Shown piece by piece: positions 61,651 through 64,000 of a stretch of 64,000 bases of DNA. How positions within the stretch are numbered: the first letter of the stretch is position 1; every line of letters begins with the position of its first letter. The stretch covers positions 17,484,001-17,548,000 of the forward strand of contig NC_083277.1 in NCBI RefSeq assembly GCF_963506605.1. Direction: 5' to 3'. The notes beneath the pieces were generated by a model, which was given only the letters and a program-made list of their open reading frames with translations, was not told the DNA's origin and ran no database searches. The DNA comes from Zootoca vivipara (lineage: Eukaryota). The position numbers and the translations under genes were made by a program.

Positions 61651-62201
61651 CGTCATGGACTGGTTTGAAATTGAGGAATGGTGCGAGGAACCAGTTCAGA
61701 GCTTGGGGATTGGTGGTGGGACAACACTGAGTGGTCAAAGGGAGAAGACTGGGAGGAGGTGTTGGAAGCTGAAGAGGTAGCAGGGCTTAGTGACTCAGAG
61801 GAACCTGTAGCGGAGAGAAGTCCAGAATCAGAGACAGGAGCTGAAGCAAGAAAGGAGGGGGACCTTGAAGTAGAGATGAGTCTGGCTGGTGAAGAGTCTC
61901 CCCCACTTGCTGTGATGAGCTCCCCTCCCTGCTGGTCTCCCATAACTATGAGAGGTATGAAAAGGAAGTTAGCTTCACCCAGGCGCAGTCTCTTGTTGCT
62001 TGGTGGGGGGGGGTTAACCCTGGTGAGGAGGGGCATAGGCAGCTATGGGGAGGCTCAGCAACTGCTTCATGGGGGCAAGACCTGCTGGAGATGAGTTGCT
62101 GTGCTCATTAGGCCTGACACTCCTCTACAGATTCTGTTTTTGCTAGTAAAGAGTTAACTCCAACCTGCTCAGTGTGATTTACTGCTGGCTCAGTCCTGTC
62201 A
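61651..62201 (+). mobile_element. Solo LTR-like element (duplicate of 54649-55202)
   Basis: Colinear copy within the segmental duplication. Confidence 0.55.
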
Positions 62202-62849
62202 TATGCATTAACTCGAAAAAGGTTGATGTTCTGCCTAAGACTGTGGACCTTTAGGATTCAGATGGACAACAAAGACCATCAAAATTGCTCTTTTACGGGT
62301 TTTATTAACGGGATGAGGAAAATAAAAAACGATGGAAGAGGAGACAGACAAGATCTTATGGCCCCATCTGTTGCTGGAGAATCCCCCTTCTTGGGCAGGC
62401 AACGGGTTGAATGGGTCTACAGGAAGATCTGCAATGATACTCCCTTTGCTGGGCTTGGACCTTATACACTCTATGCAAGTAGTGACCATCACCTTGCCCA
62501 TTCCCATATACAGTAGCTAGTTAATTCAAAGTCTTTTGCTCCCTAAGGAGTTAAGTAGTATTTTTCTTTCCATGCCTTCCCTTGTGCAAGTCACAGCCTC
62601 CAGAGGACATTATGCAAACAAGGAGGCGGAGAGTCCTTTGAGCCTTCTTGCTCATGGCTGCAGCTTAAAATTTTCCCCTAATTATTGAGTCTGAGGACCT
62701 TATACACTCTTTGGAAGTACTGACGACATTTGAGCACCCGTGCTTGAGGTCACCTTCGCATCACTTTGTCTACATTTAAGTCTGGAAGGGTAGGAGAGTA
62801 GCCATTACAAACAGTGGACTGTGGTGGCCTAGATTGTGATGGCCTAGAC

Positions 62850-63132
62850 CAGGGGTGGCCAACTCCCAAGAGTCTGCGATTTACTCACAGAGTTAAAAAC
62901 TGGCAGTGATCTACCCCCTTTTTGGGCTTCATTTCAAAGTTGTTGAGCTTTTCTTAGGAAGGAGGAGAACCCCGCTTTTTGGGGGGTGCAGCAAAAAAAA
63001 AAACCTGAGCTTTTTTTTAGGTGACCCAAAGTTGTTGAGCTTCTTTGGGGGGAGCCAGTGATCTACCGGTGATGAACCACAGATGTCCAGTGATCTACCA
63101 GTACATCACAATCTACCTGTTGGACGTGCCTG
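62850..63132. mobile_element. hAT MITE
   Basis: Ends CAGGGGTGGCCAAC / GTTGGACGTGCCTG; TSD GCCTAGA(C/T). Confidence 0.75.
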
Positions 63133-64000
63133 GCCTAGATATTCCCATGCTATGCTACTTAGCAGTTAAAGTTCCAAGTCAGTTTCTTATGATGGGTGAG
63201 GACCCACCAGGTCCCATCTCTAAGGAACACAAGGTTCCAAGTCTACGACTGCTTTAGTCAGGTGGCATATCTATCTGACAGGTACCTGATTCTAACACAC
63301 TGCAGTTGTTATTATATATTGATTTATACCTCACCTTTCTCCCTGACAGCAACTCTAGAGATGTCCACACAAAAAAAAGGTTCAGGAAAACGTGTTGTAA
63401 ACATATAATGGGAAATCACGTTGCCAAAAGATGGAACTCCACATCGTCATCCGGTGTCACAGTGTTATAATGCATTTAAAATGCTTTTTCTTTACTAATG
63501 TAACTGAGTCCATGGTGGCTTAGATCATGTAAGAACAGCTAAAAATAGAGGGGGGAGGTCATTTTAAAAAACCCACAAACATTAATAGAATTAAAACCTA
63601 TTTATTAAAAATTAATGTATCTCCTAAAGTTAACAATTAATACAATTAATTCTTAGAGGCTGCACTATTTTAACCACCAGCAAATGCTAGGTCCAGCCTA
63701 TGCCTGGGCACCTCTGAAGCTATCAGCCCTTCCAGGTGCCTCTTATTATTATGTATCCCTAACTGTTTGTGCTCGGGATGCTATGAGCAGGGGTTATGTG
63801 CAATCCAGTTGCCCCCCGAAATAAAGTCAATAAATAAAAATACTTAACTAACTGACCAATCAGGTCCCAGATAACTCACCCAAACATAAAACTTGTCTAT
63901 GCCCGTGGTGCAATCCCACTTTCAATACTCCTTGAACCTGCAACAGTTCTGGGAGAAGTCCCACGGCTACATCTCCATTCACTACAGATCCTATAACTTC

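Overview
Eukaryotic (vertebrate) genomic DNA, almost certainly from a squamate and probably a lacertid-type lizard: it carries Sauria SINEs, Bov-B, CR1 and L2 LINEs, and (TAT)n-tailed L2 ends. The left 12 kb holds two MHC-framework genes on the minus strand: PPP1R11 (first coding exon in a CpG island; the rest lies left of the window) and a complete POLR1H/ZNRD1 (RPA12; 4 coding exons, 121 aa). From 24 kb onward lies a tandem array of five intact single-exon class II (family 2-like) olfactory receptor (OR) genes on the plus strand, with two OR remnants. Each of OR2-OR5 is preceded by a paralogous promoter/5'UTR-exon cassette. The intergenic DNA is a dense, often nested set of transposable elements. 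Most notable observations: (1) the OR paralogues are sequence mosaics, with the TM2-TM3 block and the TM4-TM7 block showing different relationships; (2) young non-autonomous hAT and Tc2-like elements carry CpG-rich hairpin or minisatellite cores with NRF1/ETS/YY1-like motifs, one inside an OR 5' exon; (3) a Penelope-type minimal hammerhead ribozyme motif with a catalytic-site substitution lies in the sense strand of POLR1H intron 1. All calls come from reading the sequence by eye; no database searches were run, and most ORFs in the supplied track are spurious.
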